DNA of 64,000 nucleotides from the human T2T-CHM13v2.0 reference genome, Homo sapiens. The notes beneath the pieces are model-generated. The model did not search any database. It saw only the letters and a list, made by a program, of their open reading frames with translations, and had not been told where the DNA came from. The DNA is taken from the NCBI RefSeq assembly GCF_009914755.1, contig NC_060945.1. One strand, given 5' to 3'. The translations under genes and the position numbers were made by a program. Every line of letters starts with the position of its first letter. Position 1 is the first letter of the stretch. Positions 13,904 through 27,499 of the stretch are shown here, in pieces.

Positions 13904-16418
13904 CAGGCATATTTGGAGATATTGCAGATTTGGTTCTAGACCACTGCAATAAAGCCAATATCACAATGAAGTGTGTCATACAAACATTCTGGTTTCCCAA
14001 TGCACATAAAAGTAATGTCTACATTACTCCATTAAGTGTGAAATAGTATGTCTAAAATACAATGTGCATACCTTAATTTTAAAATACTTTATTGCTAAAA
14101 GTGCCAACGTTCATCTGAGACTTCAAAGAATCATAATCTTTTTGCTGGTGGAGGGCCTTGCCTCAGTGTGGATGGCTGCTGACTGATCAGGATGGTGGTT
14201 GCTGAAGATTAGAGCGGCTGTGGCAATTTCTTAAAAGAAGACAACAATGAAGTTTGCCACATCAATTGACAAAAGGTTTCTCTGTAGCATGCAATGTTGT
14301 TTGATAGTATTTGACCCATAGTGTAAATTCTTTCAAAATTGAAGTCAGTCCTCTCAAACTCTGCCACTACTCTATCAACGAAGTTTATGTAGTATTCTCA
14401 AATCTTTGTTGTCATTTCAACAATGTTTACAGCATCTTCACCAAGAGTAGATTCCATCTCAAGAAACCACCCATTTCACTCAATCATAAGAAGCAATTCC
14501 TCATCGGTTCAAATTTTCTCATGAGATTGCAGCAATTCAGTCACATCTTTAGGCTCCATTCTTAATGCTAGTTCTCTTATTATTTCCATCATATTTGCTG
14601 TAACTGAAGTTACACTGAAGTCTTGAAGTCATCAAAGTTATCCATGAGGGTTGGAATCAATTTCTTCCAAACTCCTTTTAATGTTTTATTTTGACCTCCT
14701 CCCATGAATCACAAATGTTCTTAATGGCGTCTTCAATGCAGAATCCCTTCCAGAAGGTTTTCAATTGACTTTGCCCAGATCCATCAGAGGAATCACTCTT
14801 TATGGTGGCTGTATTCCTACAAATGTATTCCTTAAAATATAAGACTTGAAAGTCAAAATTACTCTTTGATCCAAGGGCTGCAGAATGGATGTTGTGTTAG
14901 CAGATACAGAAACGACATTGATTTCCTTATATGTCTCCATCAGAGCTCTTGGGTGACCAGGTGATTGTATTAATAAATGAACTAATGTTTTCAAAGGAAT
15001 TTTTTTTCGAAGCAGTAGATCTCAACAGTGGGCTGAAATATTCAGTAAACAATGCTGTAAACAGACGGGCTGTCATCTAGGCTTTGTTTTTCCATTTCTG
15101 GACCACAGACAGTAGATGTAGCATACTTCTTTTGTAATTTTTATAGATTTGGGGGTATAAGTGCAATTGTGTTACCTGGATGTTATATTGCGTAGTGGGG
15201 AAGTCTGGGATTTTAGTGCATTCATCATCTGAATAGTGTATATTGTATGCAATAGGTAGTATTTCATCCCTCACCCCTTCCTCCTTCCCATTTGACATGC
15301 TTCTTAAGGGCCTTAGGCATTTTGGAAAAGTAAATGAGCATTGGTGTCACCTTAAAGTCAGCCCTAACAAAAGAGTTAGCCTGTCTCTGAAGCTTCGAAC
15401 CAGTCATGGACTTTTCCTCTCTAACTCTGAAAGTCCCAGATGGCACCTTCCAATATAAGGCTGTTTGTCTACATTGAAAATTTGTTAGTGTAGCCGCCTT
15501 TATCAATGATCTTAGCTAGATCTTCTGGAAGACATTCTGTAGCTTCTGCATCAGCACTTGCTGCCTTACCTTTCACTTTTGTGTTACGGAGATGGCTTCT
15601 TTTCTTCAACCTCATGAACCAACCTCTCCCAGCTCCCAACTTTTCTTCTGCAGCTTCCACACCTCTCAGCCTTCACAGAATTGAAGAAAGTTAGGACCCT
15701 GCTCTGGATTAGGCTTTGGCTTGAGGAAATATCATGGTTTACCCAGAGCAATAAAACTTTCTCCATATCAGTAACAGGGCTATTTCACTTTCTTATCATT
15801 TCTGTTTTCACTGGGGTGGCACTTATCATATCCTTTAAAAACTTTCCTTTGCATTTATAACTTAGCTAACTGTTTGGCACAAGAGGCCTGGCTTATGGCC
15901 TCTATTGGCTTTTAATATGCCTTCCTCACTAAGCTTAATCATTTCTAGCTTTTGATTTAAAGAGAAATATGTGTGACTGTTTCACTTGAATGATTAGAGG
16001 CCATTGTAATGTTATTAATTGGTCTAATTCAATATTGTTGTATCTCAGGGAACAGGCTCAAGGAGAGGGAGAGAGATGGGGAATAGCTGGTTAATGGAGC
16101 AGCCAAAGCACACACACATATATGGATGAAGTTCACTGTCTTCTGTGGACACTGTTCATGGCACCCCCAAAATAGTCACAATAGTAACATCAAAGATGTC
16201 TGATCACAGATCCCCATACCATATATGATAATGCTGAAAAAGTTTGAAGTATTGCCAGAATTACCAAAATGCGCCACAGAGACAGGAAGTAAGCACATGC
16301 TGTTGGAAACAAATGGCAGCAGTAGACTTACTGGAGGCAGGGTTGCTAGGAACCCTCAATTTGTAAAAGATGAAGTATCTGCATATGAAGTGAAGCACAA
16401 TAAAGTGAGGTGTGCCTG
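13904..16418 (-). mobile_element. Near-full-length Tigger1 (Tc1/mariner-pogo) with decayed transposase; short L1 fragment inserted at about 15130-15295
   Basis: TA|CAGGCA ... TGCCTG|TA inverted ends; minus-strand peptides GWFMRLKKR (CENP-B-type HTH) and [11 protein letters not shown] (DDE domain). Confidence 0.92.
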
Positions 16419-16609
16419 TATTTCAAGATGTGTGTCATATAGTTCTTTTTTATACATAATCCCTTACATAACTTGTTTCTAAATCAACACTGAAATTCAG
16501 CCAGTTTTTCTCTTGATGTCTTATGACAGTGAGAGATAAAATAACCCATTAACATAACAACCGTAGTGACCACTTATGGGATGCCTCATTTGCATCCAGG
16601 ATTATTCAA

Positions 16610-16770
16610 GGTACCTTCTCTCCATTTTCTCACTTAATCCCCACAACCACCCTATGAGATGAGTGTCACTGCCCCTGTTGTGTAGATGAAGAAGCCAGGC
16701 TCAGAGAGGTTAAATGGCATGCCCCAAACCACCCAGCCATGAGGGCAGAAGTAGAGGTTCTGGGTAGTGC
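16610..16770. mobile_element. MIR SINE
   Basis: Core-like gatgaagaagccaggctcagagaggttaaatggcatgcccc. Confidence 0.65.
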
Positions 16771-16904
16771 TCACCCAACTTCCATGCTCTTCCTCCAAAC
16801 AATCTGTGCAGCTGCCGTCAGCAGAAATGGCTTTAACAAGAGTGAAAAGCAGTAGCAAAGGCAACGAGTTTGGGTGCCAGTCTTTTGATTGTTGGTTTTT
16901 GTTT

Positions 16905-17166
<262 letters not shown>

Positions 17167-19584
17167 TTTTTCACACATTTTGCAGTCCAGGCGAGGTGCA
17201 AATAAACAGTGAAATGGTCATCAGGTCCCAGGAGTAGGGTTGGGACAAGTAGGAAGAGAAGTGGTGGCAGGGTCACACAGACTCTGGGAGGTCAGCAGAA
17301 GCATGTGGATCTTCCCTTGCCCTTGACCTGGTGACCTCCCACTTTAGATTCATCTTCACAAAAGGAGGTATGGGATGTGTTACTGGGACCAAGAAGACTC
17401 TGATGCAGGGTCTCAACTTAAGAGACCGAGGCTCTAGCTGAGTGGCCTTGGGCTACACACAGACTTTGTGCACTTCAGTTGCCTAATGGGTAAAAGACAG
17501 GGTGGCCAGGGATTTCCACACTGCTCAAGTGAGCACACAGCATCATCCGCCTTCAGGACTAGCTAGTTAGATGATCCTGTAAACTGTAGTACTGATTTAT
17601 ATTCTACTTTTGGTCAAAATCTCTTTTCCAACTGGAGTCTCCTTTTCTGACAAATGGACCATAATAGCTTCAGCCTCCCCTTGGAGCTGTTTTCTTACTT
17701 CTGTGTCACTCAAGTTCATGAGAGTTGGGTGCCTTTCCTTCCCACAGTGGGTCACCCATGTGCCAGGGTCTCTTCCTTGCTAGGCTTGAGTTCTGCTTCC
17801 GCTTCTTCCTGTCCTCCCATGCTGGCCACGAGCATCATGATGATGCAGAAAACCCATAAGGGACACGTGGAACTGTAGGATATACACATCCCCAGTCACA
17901 GTTGCAGATCAAACCATCTAAAACTTTGGATTCTTCCCAAAACCTGCAGTGTATGTTTCAGGGTGCATTGCTGCAGCTAAGAGTGTGAACCCACACCTTT
18001 CCAAATGAGAGCCATGGATTTTCTGTACAGACACATTTGGCACCTTCAGGAGACTCACAGGGGAAACAGTTTGCAGCAGCTTTACCGGCAGAACCAACAA
18101 GACCAGTTTAAAAGCTTAGACGCATTGATCTGAATATTTGATGGCTGTCCTTCCTGAGGGCAATAGTCATGCCCCAGTGCCAGATACCATCACGCTTGGG
18201 AACTGGACATTTGCATTACCACCTGGTCCACCCAGGTTGTTTCCCAGAACAAAAGGGGAGCAACCCAAAATGGTGACTTTCCCTCTTTCAGGAGAGCTCA
18301 GTTTACCTTTGCCTGCCTCTTCTGGTCCCATTCAGACTCAGAAATTTTTATGTAGGCTAAGCTTTCTGCCAAGCCAGAGTTCACAGGTCTCTGGGTTTCT
18401 CATCCTCCCAGCCTGGTGCTGCAGGGAAGTGACTGACAGAGCTATGATTCAGGAAGGAGGGTGGGAGTTTCTACCCAAAGGCAGCCTTGCTCAGCCTCAG
18501 CATCTTCCTTGTCTCTTGGTTCTCTTGCTCCAGGAGAAGCCTGCGGTCTCTCCACTGTCCTGCCAGTCATCACCCTGGCTCTCCATGGCTATGTTCACAA
18601 TGAGCCTCACCCCACCCCGGCCCCGCATCACCAGTTCCTCTTGGTGGCACCACGTGACCATACACACTCTTTTGGCCACACAGGAGCCTGTGGGGTCACT
18701 GTCTGTCCTCTGCTCATTTGTGGGTTTTCCACTCTTGGTGCTCCCATCTGCAGCTCAGTCCTCCCTAGGAACCCCGTGAGCTACTGCCTCATTTTCTGGA
18801 TCTTTGCACTAGAATGTGAGTGGCACAAGTTCCATATCTGTGTCACTTTTGTGCACTGATGCATCTCTGAAGTTTACACATTGCCTGAGATCTAGTAGGT
18901 GCTTCATCCACATCTGGCTGATTGAACTGAATTGAACTAGGACCTGTACTTCCACTAAGGTGCTCTGTCTGGGTTTCTGGCCCTTCCAAAATGAGCACAC
19001 CCTTCTCCCAGGTTGGAAGAGCTCTGAAGAGTCAGCCCTGCACCATCCTCTGGTACTCCCAGGGTGCATGCTGGGACACAGAGAGCCTCTTGCTTTCCAC
19101 GTAGTTGGTCAGCTGGCCCTGATTCTGGATAACATCACCCCTGGCTCAGCAAGCCTGGCTGCTCCCAGCCCTGTAGGGTGAAGGGCAGCTGCATAAGTAA
19201 TGACAAGTGTAAGTGTCTGCTGGCATGTTTCATGTGTTATCCCATTTAATCTTAACAGTTCCTAAAAGGATATTTTTTCCCCATTTCACGTATTTTTTTA
19301 AAAATCTGAGTTTAAAAAGTATTAAATAAGTTGTTCCAAATCTGTTAGTTTGGTGAGGAACCTTGATTGACACCAAGTCTGACTCTAAACCTAGGTTATC
19401 TGTCCCTTTCGTTTCCAATGGATCTTCTCAGTGTTTCAGCCAGGCAGTCTAAAGCAGTGGTTCTCAAACATTTTGCTCTCAGGACCCCTTTATACACTTA
19501 AAAGTGACGGAGGAGCCCCAGGAGCTTTTGTTTCTGAAGGTTCTGGCTATTGATATTTACTGCATTCGAAGTTGAAAGTGAGGA

Positions 19585-19615
19585 GCAACATGACAAAACC
19601 CTGTCTCTACAAAAA

Positions 19616-19679
<64 letters not shown>

Positions 19680-19845
19680 AAAGTTAGTTGGGTGTGGTGG
19701 CACACACCTGTGATTCCAGCTACTCAGGAGGCTGAGGTGGGAGGATCGCATTGAACCTGGAAGGTTGAGGCTGCAGTGAGCTATGATCATGTCACCTCAC
19801 TCCATCCTGGGTGACAGAGTGAGACCCTGTATTAAAAAAAAAATT
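19585..19845 (+). mobile_element. 5'-truncated AluJ with expanded A/(TA)n linker
   Basis: gcaacatgacaaaaccctgtctctac...ggaggatcgcattgaacc...gagaccctg. Confidence 0.88.
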
Positions 19846-20169
19846 AAAAATGACAAATTTTTAATATATTAATTCACTTAGAAATAAAAACAATACAACC
19901 ATTGCCTGTTAACATAAACATAAATAGTTTTATGAAGAACAGTTTTATTTTCCAAAACAAAATATCTAGTGAGAAGAATGACATTGTCTTACATTTTTGC
20001 AAATCTCTTTAATGTCCTTAGCAGAAGACAGCTGGATTCTCAGGGCTCCTTTTGCATTCAGTCTGTTGAAATATGTTGTTTTCGTTGTAGGTGTGGAGAA
20101 AACTAGTTTCACACAGATACATAGTTGGAACAGTGAGGAGTACCTTAATACCCTTTTCAGATAATTGTG

Positions 20170-20534
20170 TGTATTAGTCCATTTTCACACTGCTGATAAA
20201 GACATACCTGAGACTGGGCAATTTACAAAAGAAAGAGGTTTATTGGACTTACAGTCCACATGACTGGGGAAGCCTCACAATCATGGTGGAAGGCAAGGAG
20301 GAGCAAGTCACGTCTCATGTAGATGGCAGCAGGCAAAGAAAGCTCTTGTGCAGAGAAACTCCTATTTTTAAACCCATCAGATCTCATGAGACCCATTCAC
20401 TATCATGAGAACCGCACAGGAAAGACCCGCCCCCATGATTCAATCATCTTTCACTAGGCCCCTCCCACAACATGTGGGAATTATGGGAGCTACAAGGTGA
20501 GATTTGTGTGGGGACACAGAGCCAAACGATGTCA
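20170..20534 (-). mobile_element. THE1 (MaLR) solo LTR
   Basis: tgtattagtccattttcacactgctgataaagac...gccaaacgatgtca; 5-bp TSD TTGTG. Confidence 0.92.
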
Positions 20535-21080
20535 TTGTGGATATTATCATTTGATACTGTACCAAAACTTGATGCGTGGTAGTTTACACTGTCATGTTAA
20601 AATTAATTGCTCTATCTGGCACTTTGAATGAATCTTTCCCCCTCTAATGATTGTATATATGTATATAATTTTGTATAATGATTATTATACATCCATCATT
20701 TAAAAGTGCTGGTTCACTGAGTCACACAGACCTTCCCAGTGCACAGTTGAAAGCTCCACTGTAGAATTCTGAGAGGATGAGAACAAAAAGTGCAGCTGTT
20801 GTCTTTGTATTAAGTTTTGACCTTACAAACTCACTCCAGGGTCTCATGGATCCTAGGAGTTCCTGAGTCGCACCTTGAGACCTGCTGGGCTGTAGTATAA
20901 ATTGAATGATCACTGAATGCAAAGCCCTATGAGAGGATACAAAAGAAATAAAACATTAAGCCAAATATCTTAACATTTAAAAAGAAAAGCATGTACAATT
21001 CAGTATGTGAGTCTGAAGAAAGGCAAATGAAGACCTGAACATGTAAGTTATGAAGCAGAAAAAGCCATTCTGGGTCTCAC

Positions 21081-21119
21081 TGTGTGTGTGAGAGTGTGTG
21101 TGTGTGTGTGTGTGTGTGT
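21081..21119. repeat. (TG)n microsatellite, interrupted
   Basis: Read directly. Confidence 0.9.
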
Positions 21120-21559
21120 ATGATGTCTGCATCTAACTGTGCTACATCTACATTGTGATGACTCAATGTCCCCAAGCCACAGAGGCACATTGTGCCAGCC
21201 TCTCAGGAGCTGAGGGGTGGCTGGAGAGTTTGGAATGACCAGAGGCCTGTGTTGTCCAGTGGGAATGGGGCAGAGAAGAAGCAAGGCTTAGGGGAGGCCT
21301 TCAAGGAAGGGCAGGACAGAGTGTAGTGAGTGGGGAAGTGCAGACCCCACATTGTTGGGACCACAGATTGTTCATCCTAGTCCTTCTGAAGGAGGTGGGA
21401 ACATCCTGAAGTACGCTCAGCTAATCAGAGCTGAAAGCAGGCTTCTCGAGGCCACTCTAGGCCTGAAATGGCACTTGACCATGTTGACCAGACAGAGCTA
21501 TGAATGTACCTTCAAAGGTCCAATCCCCTGATTGGCTCTGTCATCTTGAACCATTTGTT

Positions 21560-22560
21560 TTTTCTTTTTTAGATAACATGTTTTATTGAAGTGTAATTTA
21601 TATGCAGTAAAATACACAAATCCTTGATATATATAACCCTATAACCTTTTTTATAGGATTCTTGTATATTCACCAAGATAAATACAAAGAACTTTCTGTT
21701 GCTCTGGAAAGTTTCCCTTGCTCCATCTTACTCAACACCACCCTGCGTCTGCACTCAGGGGAAACCACTGTTCTGACTTCTGTCACCACAGATGAATTTG
21801 ATCCATTCTTGAACCTCATCATACAGTATGTATGCATGTCGCATTTGATCCATTCTTGAACCTCATCATACAGTATGTATGCATGTCGCATTTGATCCAT
21901 TCTTGAACCTCATCATACAGTATGTATGCATGTCGCATTTGATCCATTCTTGAACCTCATCATACAGTATGTATGCATGTCGCATTTGATCCATTCTTGA
22001 ACCTCATCATACAGTATGTATGCATGTCGCATTTGATCCATTCTTGAACCTCATCATACAGTATGTATGCATGTCGCATTTGATCCATTCTTGAACCTCA
22101 TCATACAGTATGTATGCATGTCGCATTTGATCCATTCTTGAACCTCATCATACAGTATGTATGCATGTCGCATTTGATCCATTCTTGAACCTCATCATAC
22201 AGTATGTATGCATGTCGCATTTGATCCATTCTTGAACCTCATCATACAGTATGTATGCATGTCGCATTTGATCCATTCTTGAACCTCATCATACAGTATG
22301 TATGCATGTCGCATTTGATCCATTCTTGAACCTCATCATACAGTATGTATGCATGTCGCATTTGAGAGTCATCATGTTGTTGCCTTTGTCAGTGGGGCAT
22401 TTTTGTTGTTGTTGTTGTTGTTGTTTTGCTGAGTTGTATTCCACATGAATATACCAAAATTTGTTCCTCCATTTTCCTGTAGATGGAATGTTGGGTTGTA
22501 TATGGTTTGCTGCTATAATCACATGTGGATACTGTGGACAGAGGGTATGCAGTTTTTTCT
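21560..22560 (-). mobile_element. Ancient L1M (L1ME-like) 3' fragment hosting the 47-bp VNTR
   Basis: Degenerate antisense L1 3' sequence on both sides of the array. Confidence 0.6.
21796..22365. repeat. 47-bp minisatellite, 12 identical copies plus 6 nt
   Basis: Unit atttgatccattcttgaacctcatcatacagtatgtatgcatgtcgc. Confidence 0.97.
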
Positions 22561-22574
22561 CTAGGATCTAGCTG

Positions 22575-22980
22575 CCATGGATGAATTGCATCCACCCCCA
22601 CCAAAACAAAAACAAAAACAAAAACATTCATAGGTTGAAGCCCTAATCTTTCAATTAGATGGCTTTGGGGTGGTTGGAGATAGGGCCTTTGGGAGGTAAT
22701 TAGGCTCAGATGAGGTCATGAAGGTGGGCCCTCATAATAGGATTAGTGCCCTTCTAAGAAGAAACACCAGAGCCCTCACTTCTTCTCTCTGTTTCTCCAC
22801 CATGTGAGGACACAGTGAGAAGACAGTGATCAGTCTGCAAGCCAGGGAAAGACACTCACCAGGAACTGAATCAGCCAGTACCTTGACCTTAGACTTTCCA
22901 GACTCCAGAACTGTGAGAAATAAATGTGTGCTGTTTAAGTCCCCAGAGTATAGTGTTCGTTACAGCAAACAGACTAAGTC
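22575..22980 (+). mobile_element. MLT1A-type MaLR LTR
   Basis: ggagatagggcctttgggaggtaattagg...catgtgaggacacag...ccagaactgtgagaaataaat. Confidence 0.8.
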
Positions 22981-23214
22981 TTGCCTAAGGAGACTAAGGC
23001 ACCATGGCAGGTGCCCCATACATATTTGTTAATTTGATTTTATTTGATCTGTGTCTATTTCAAAGGTAATGTCAACATCAAATGACAATCTAGAGGGAAA
23101 AATGTACAATGAAAATATTTTTAAAAACAGTAGTTCTTGCTATTGATGATGTTTTATTTTAAAAGGAATATGTAATTAAAGTAATTTAAGGAAATATGAT
23201 GCACAACAGTCCAC

Positions 23215-24055
23215 TGGGCAAGGGACTTAAGTGGACATTTCTCCAAAGATGATATACAAATAGCCAACAAGAGCGTGAAAAGATACTCAACACTACTAGC
23301 AATTAGGACAATGCAAACCAAAACCACAATCAGATATCACTTCATACCCATTAGGAAGGCTACTATTAAAAAAAAAAGAGAGAGAGATAACAACATGCGT
23401 TGGTGAGGATGTAGAGAAACTGGATGCCCTGTGCACTGAGTGGGATTATAAAATTGTGCAGCTATGGAAAACAGTATGGTGATTCCTCAAAAAATTAAGA
23501 ATAGAATTATCGTATGATCCAGCAATTCCACTTCTCAGTATGTATCCAAAAGAATTGAAAGCAGGATCCAGAAGAGATATTTGCACACCCATGTTCATAG
23601 CAGTATTATTCACAGTAATTAAGAGGCAGAAGAAACCCAAGTGTCCGCGGATGGATGAATGAATAAACAAAATGTGGTACATATGTCCAATGGAATTTTA
23701 TTCAGCCTTAAAAAGAAAAGAAATTTTGACACATGCTACAGCATGGATGAACTTGGAGGACATGATACTAAGTGAAATAAACCAGTCACAAAAAGACAAA
23801 TAGTGTATGATTCCGCTTATATGAAGTATCTAGAGTGCTCAACTTCATAGAAAAAGCAGAATGGTGGTTTCCAGGGGCTGGGGGCAAGGGTAAATGGTGA
23901 GTTGTGCAATGAGTACAGAATTTTAGTTTTGCAAGATGAAAAAGTTCTGGAGATCAGTAATGTGAATTTATTTAACTCTATTGGACTTTACACTTCAAGA
24001 TGGCTAAGGTGGTAATTTTATGTTGTGCATTTTTTAGCCACATTTTTTAAAAATT
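23215..24055 (+). mobile_element. L1MB-type 3' fragment
   Basis: ORF2 C-terminus and L1MB-like 3'UTR. Confidence 0.8.
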
Positions 24056-25149
24056 GAAAACAAACCCAGAGATAAGTCTGGGTTACCTCTGAAGTCAGGT
24101 GAGCTAAAGATGAAGGTAAGATTGGCGGTCAGTTCATTGGTTTAAGGGAGTCGTTCCAACTAGCTGGAGAGTGGCTTCTTAGTATTCTTGCACAGCAGGT
24201 CCGAGTGGCATCCAGACTCAAACGGGCCGTGCTCAGGCCCAACGCTGGCATGATTCTTGAGTCATTAGGAAGGATTCCTTACTGTGGAGACCCCTGTCTT
24301 CTGGTCCCTCTGGTTTGGGGAGACTGCAGGTGGGGGTGAACTGGAGGAATAAAGCCACATTGTCCACAGGACATGTGTCCCTAGAACTTCCCAGGAGCAA
24401 AGACAATGGTGGAGGGAGACTCAGGGCCAAGCCCACCAGGGTGACCCACAGGGTGGATAATGTCCCTGGGAAGGCAGGGCACCTTGGGCTTCTTGAGAGA
24501 GCAGAGGCCGGAGCAGAGTAGAACTACCAAGAACCAGCCGGACCCTGGGGCGGGGACTGGGTCTTTCGCAGACCCTGCTTCCCTGGAGCTCTCTTCTGCA
24601 AAAGTGACCAACTGGGCTCGGAGTTTTAACTTGCCCTTGTTACCTGAGGCCACTGTGACTATCATGGGTCAAAAGTGCTATAAAAACCTGATGTGTGTTT
24701 GGAATGAAGGTGTACCCGTGGATGGGGAGAGAGGAGCTATTCCTGTTTGGGGATCCTGATGTCTTCACACATCTGCCTGACCCCCACTCCTGAAGCTCCT
24801 TGGTCATCATATCATATAAAGGAGGACCTGCAGACCCATGCCGTGGCCAGAGGGGCTGGGCATGGCCCTCGCTTCACTTTCCCAGAATGAATTCATCATC
24901 CTGGCAGTAAAAGAGAAAACAAGAGGTGGGGCGCCTGCTAGGCTGGGCTGGGCTGGCAACAGCGAGCCTGTAGCGACTGTTCTGGAGGAAGCAAAGAAGA
25001 CCGATGGCCTCAGACAGTGGACATGGACGGCGAACTTGGACTGGGCTGGGCCTCTGCTTTGTCATTTGAAAGGCTTGGGTCATGCTTCCCTTTCCTCTTG
25101 GGAGACATTAACTGGGAGCCTAGGGAGCCAAAGTATCAAGTGGCGTCGT

Positions 25150-25950
25150 TTCCTCCCTTCAGAGCCAACCTTGCTGGGCTTCTCCGGTCAGATCAGCCCT
25201 GGCCCGGGGTCAGCCCGGCGGGGAACGGGTCCACCCTCCGCCAGCGACCTCAGAGCTCCCGGGCACAGCCCCGCGCACCTGCCCCGCCCACGCCCGCCCC
25301 GCGCACCTGCCGGGTCCGCACCTGCCATTTGCCCGACTGGCCGCGCACCCAGCTGGCCCGCCCCTGCCCGACACGACCGCTGCCCGCCCCTTGCCTTCCT
25401 GACCCAGGGGCTCCGCTGGCTGCGGTCGCCTGGGAGCTGCCGCCAGGGCCAGGAGGGGAGCGGCACCTGGAAGATGCGCCCATTGGCTGGTGGTGAGTGC
25501 GCCCCCGCCTCGGGGCGAGGGTAGGGGCGGGGAAGGAGGACCCCAGGGGAAGCGTCGCTCCCCAACCCTGCCTGGGACCCGCCACGCTTAGCAAAAGGGG
25601 GAGGGCTGGTTCTTGGCGCCGAGGCTGGTCTTAGACCTGGGATCAGGAATGCGGGAAGCGATTCCAGAGGGGGCGAACAGCGGGGGTTTCCAGCAGGGTT
25701 CCCCGACCCTGTTTCCCCGCGCTCGCCAGGCCTGTTCCCGCCGCCCCAGCCGGGGTGCATGGGATTAGGGAGGAACCTGGAATGTAACACTGTAACATTT
25801 TACTTGGAAAGTAGATTGGTGGGGAGCGCAGGCACAGCCCCGCACCCCCACCCCCCACCCGGGCTCTCCACGCTTCTCCTTCCGGGGAAGGGTACGCGCC
25901 TGCCCCTGCCCCTGACCTTGCACGCCAGGGAGGGGCTGGCCGCTGCCAGT
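25150..25950 (+). promoter_or_regulatory. FAM3B: FAM3B CpG-island promoter
   Basis: High GC/CpG density; clustered GC boxes (ccccgccc, ccacgccc near 25282-25302) upstream of the ATG. Confidence 0.85.
25474..25492 (+). CDS. FAM3B: FAM3B coding exon 1 (MRPLAG-G), phase-1 donor
   Basis: aagATGCGCCCATTGGCTGGTG|gtgagt inside a CpG island; matches the FAM3B N-terminus and splices in frame to 31517. Confidence 0.95.
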
Positions 25951-27499
25951 TGGTAAGGCTGTTTTTATTTTTTCCATTTTTCAAACGACTTGACACTGTG
26001 GACGATTTGGAAAAATAGGAAAAAGGAAAGGAGAAACCCATTATTTTGACCAGTCATCGCGTTTCTTGCAGTCTGTCTTAGCTGCGCCTCTGTCCTCTGT
26101 CACTTTCCTGTCACAGACCATCTCGGGTCCTGGTGTCCACTGCCCTGGCCTCTGTCACACATGCCCTTTCTAATTGGTTTTGCGGGTCTCCTCCTATAAT
26201 CTGAAGAACATGGATTCCTCCTGGAGCGACGTAGCCTGGCTGTGTAAAATGGCAGGTTCAGAAGTGGGAAGTTCTCTGGGCCTCTTCGGTAGATCACTTC
26301 CTGTTCCTGGATCCCAGGTCCTCTGTAGTGAGGGTGTTGGACTGAACCATCGCCATTCCTGCCAGCGCCAGCATTCTGGCTGTGATCACACTCCAGCAAG
26401 TTCTAAATGCTCTCTTTTCTGCACCATTCCCAAATGTAGGAAAGCCGCATTTTAAGATTTTTGCCTCGTGTAAAATATTCATATTTTCCTTAAAAACTAT
26501 AAATGACACTGTTTTCGATAACTTGTGTGGATTGTAGGAGAGATATGTATCTCCTCCCTTAGGGCACCGACTTTCATTATAGCTATTCTGGAAAAGTGTT
26601 TTCTATTATTTCTGTATTGTATAATTATTATTTCCTGGTGACTTATGGACAATACTGAATATGATTACATTGCTTTCCCTCAGCCAGGACTTTTTCACAT
26701 CCGGACCTCATGATTCACTCATGAGCTGTGGGGTCCTTTCGTAGGAAGCTTCGAGATGACACCAGGTTTGTATTTATCCAGGTGTATTTGATTGTGGAGA
26801 AGCTGCCCAGGGAACTCAGAGATGCCTCACTTTTGATTTTATGAGCTAAAGATCAGGAGACATTATTGGAGTGGGCCTTGCCCTGGACGCTTCTGTCCAG
26901 TGCTGGGTTTGTTTCAGGCAGACGTTCCCAGGAGGGACATTCAGACTGAATGGGAGGAGCAAGTTGAGCTGCCGCCATGCCTTCGCCTGCAGGGCCTGGT
27001 AGTGGGTATCGTAATACCTTGAAGTGGGCATTGGCCTGTGGACCGTCAAGGCCGGTTACGCTGCACTCCTGCTGTGGTGTTTCAGAGTGGTCCTTCCTAG
27101 CCCTTCTGCCAAAAAGGCTCAGTGCACAGGACAGTGATGACAGTGGACACTGAGGCCAGCAGAGCCTGGGATCCCAAAGGCAGTGAGTCCCAAAATACTG
27201 ACCATCCACCCTCATCTCTCCTGGCCTCTCAAGTACAAAAGGTGTGGGTGTGGCCTTCATGGTGAGGTGATCTGAATACATATTGGTAAGACAGCAGTGA
27301 AAACAGCTTCCCTGTCCTCGTTCAGGTTGAAGGAAATCCCGTCAATAGACCTGGGTCCTAGGGCCTGAGATTGCCCTTTTTAGGTGGCCCTTGGACTGGA
27401 GGGAGGGAGAGAGCCCTAAAATCCTCCTACCTGTAACCCAGTGTCATATCCATTTGGTTTCAGTATTACTTTCTTTCTGGCACCTTTTAAATGTTTATT

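Larger units (their letters stand above)
19455..20895. mobile_element. Charlie1-type hAT relic hosting an AluJ and a THE1 LTR
   Basis: Begins cagtggttctcaaacattttg...caggacccctttatacact; similarity resumes after each insertion. Confidence 0.65.

Noticed and set aside
10660-14850. NAHR between the two Tigger1 copies deleting the upstream CpG island
   Set aside because: The copies are old and visibly diverged, without long perfect-identity tracts.
13904-16418. Domesticated Tigger transposase (TIGD-like gene)
   Set aside because: Only 60-80 aa fragments in different frames, plus an L1 insertion.
18138-18779. 213-aa ORF
   Set aside because: No recognisable homology or exon structure; likely chance, though not excluded without a search.
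21796-22365. CRISPR-like array
   Set aside because: Units are head-to-tail with no unique spacers, there are no cas genes, and the DNA is primate.
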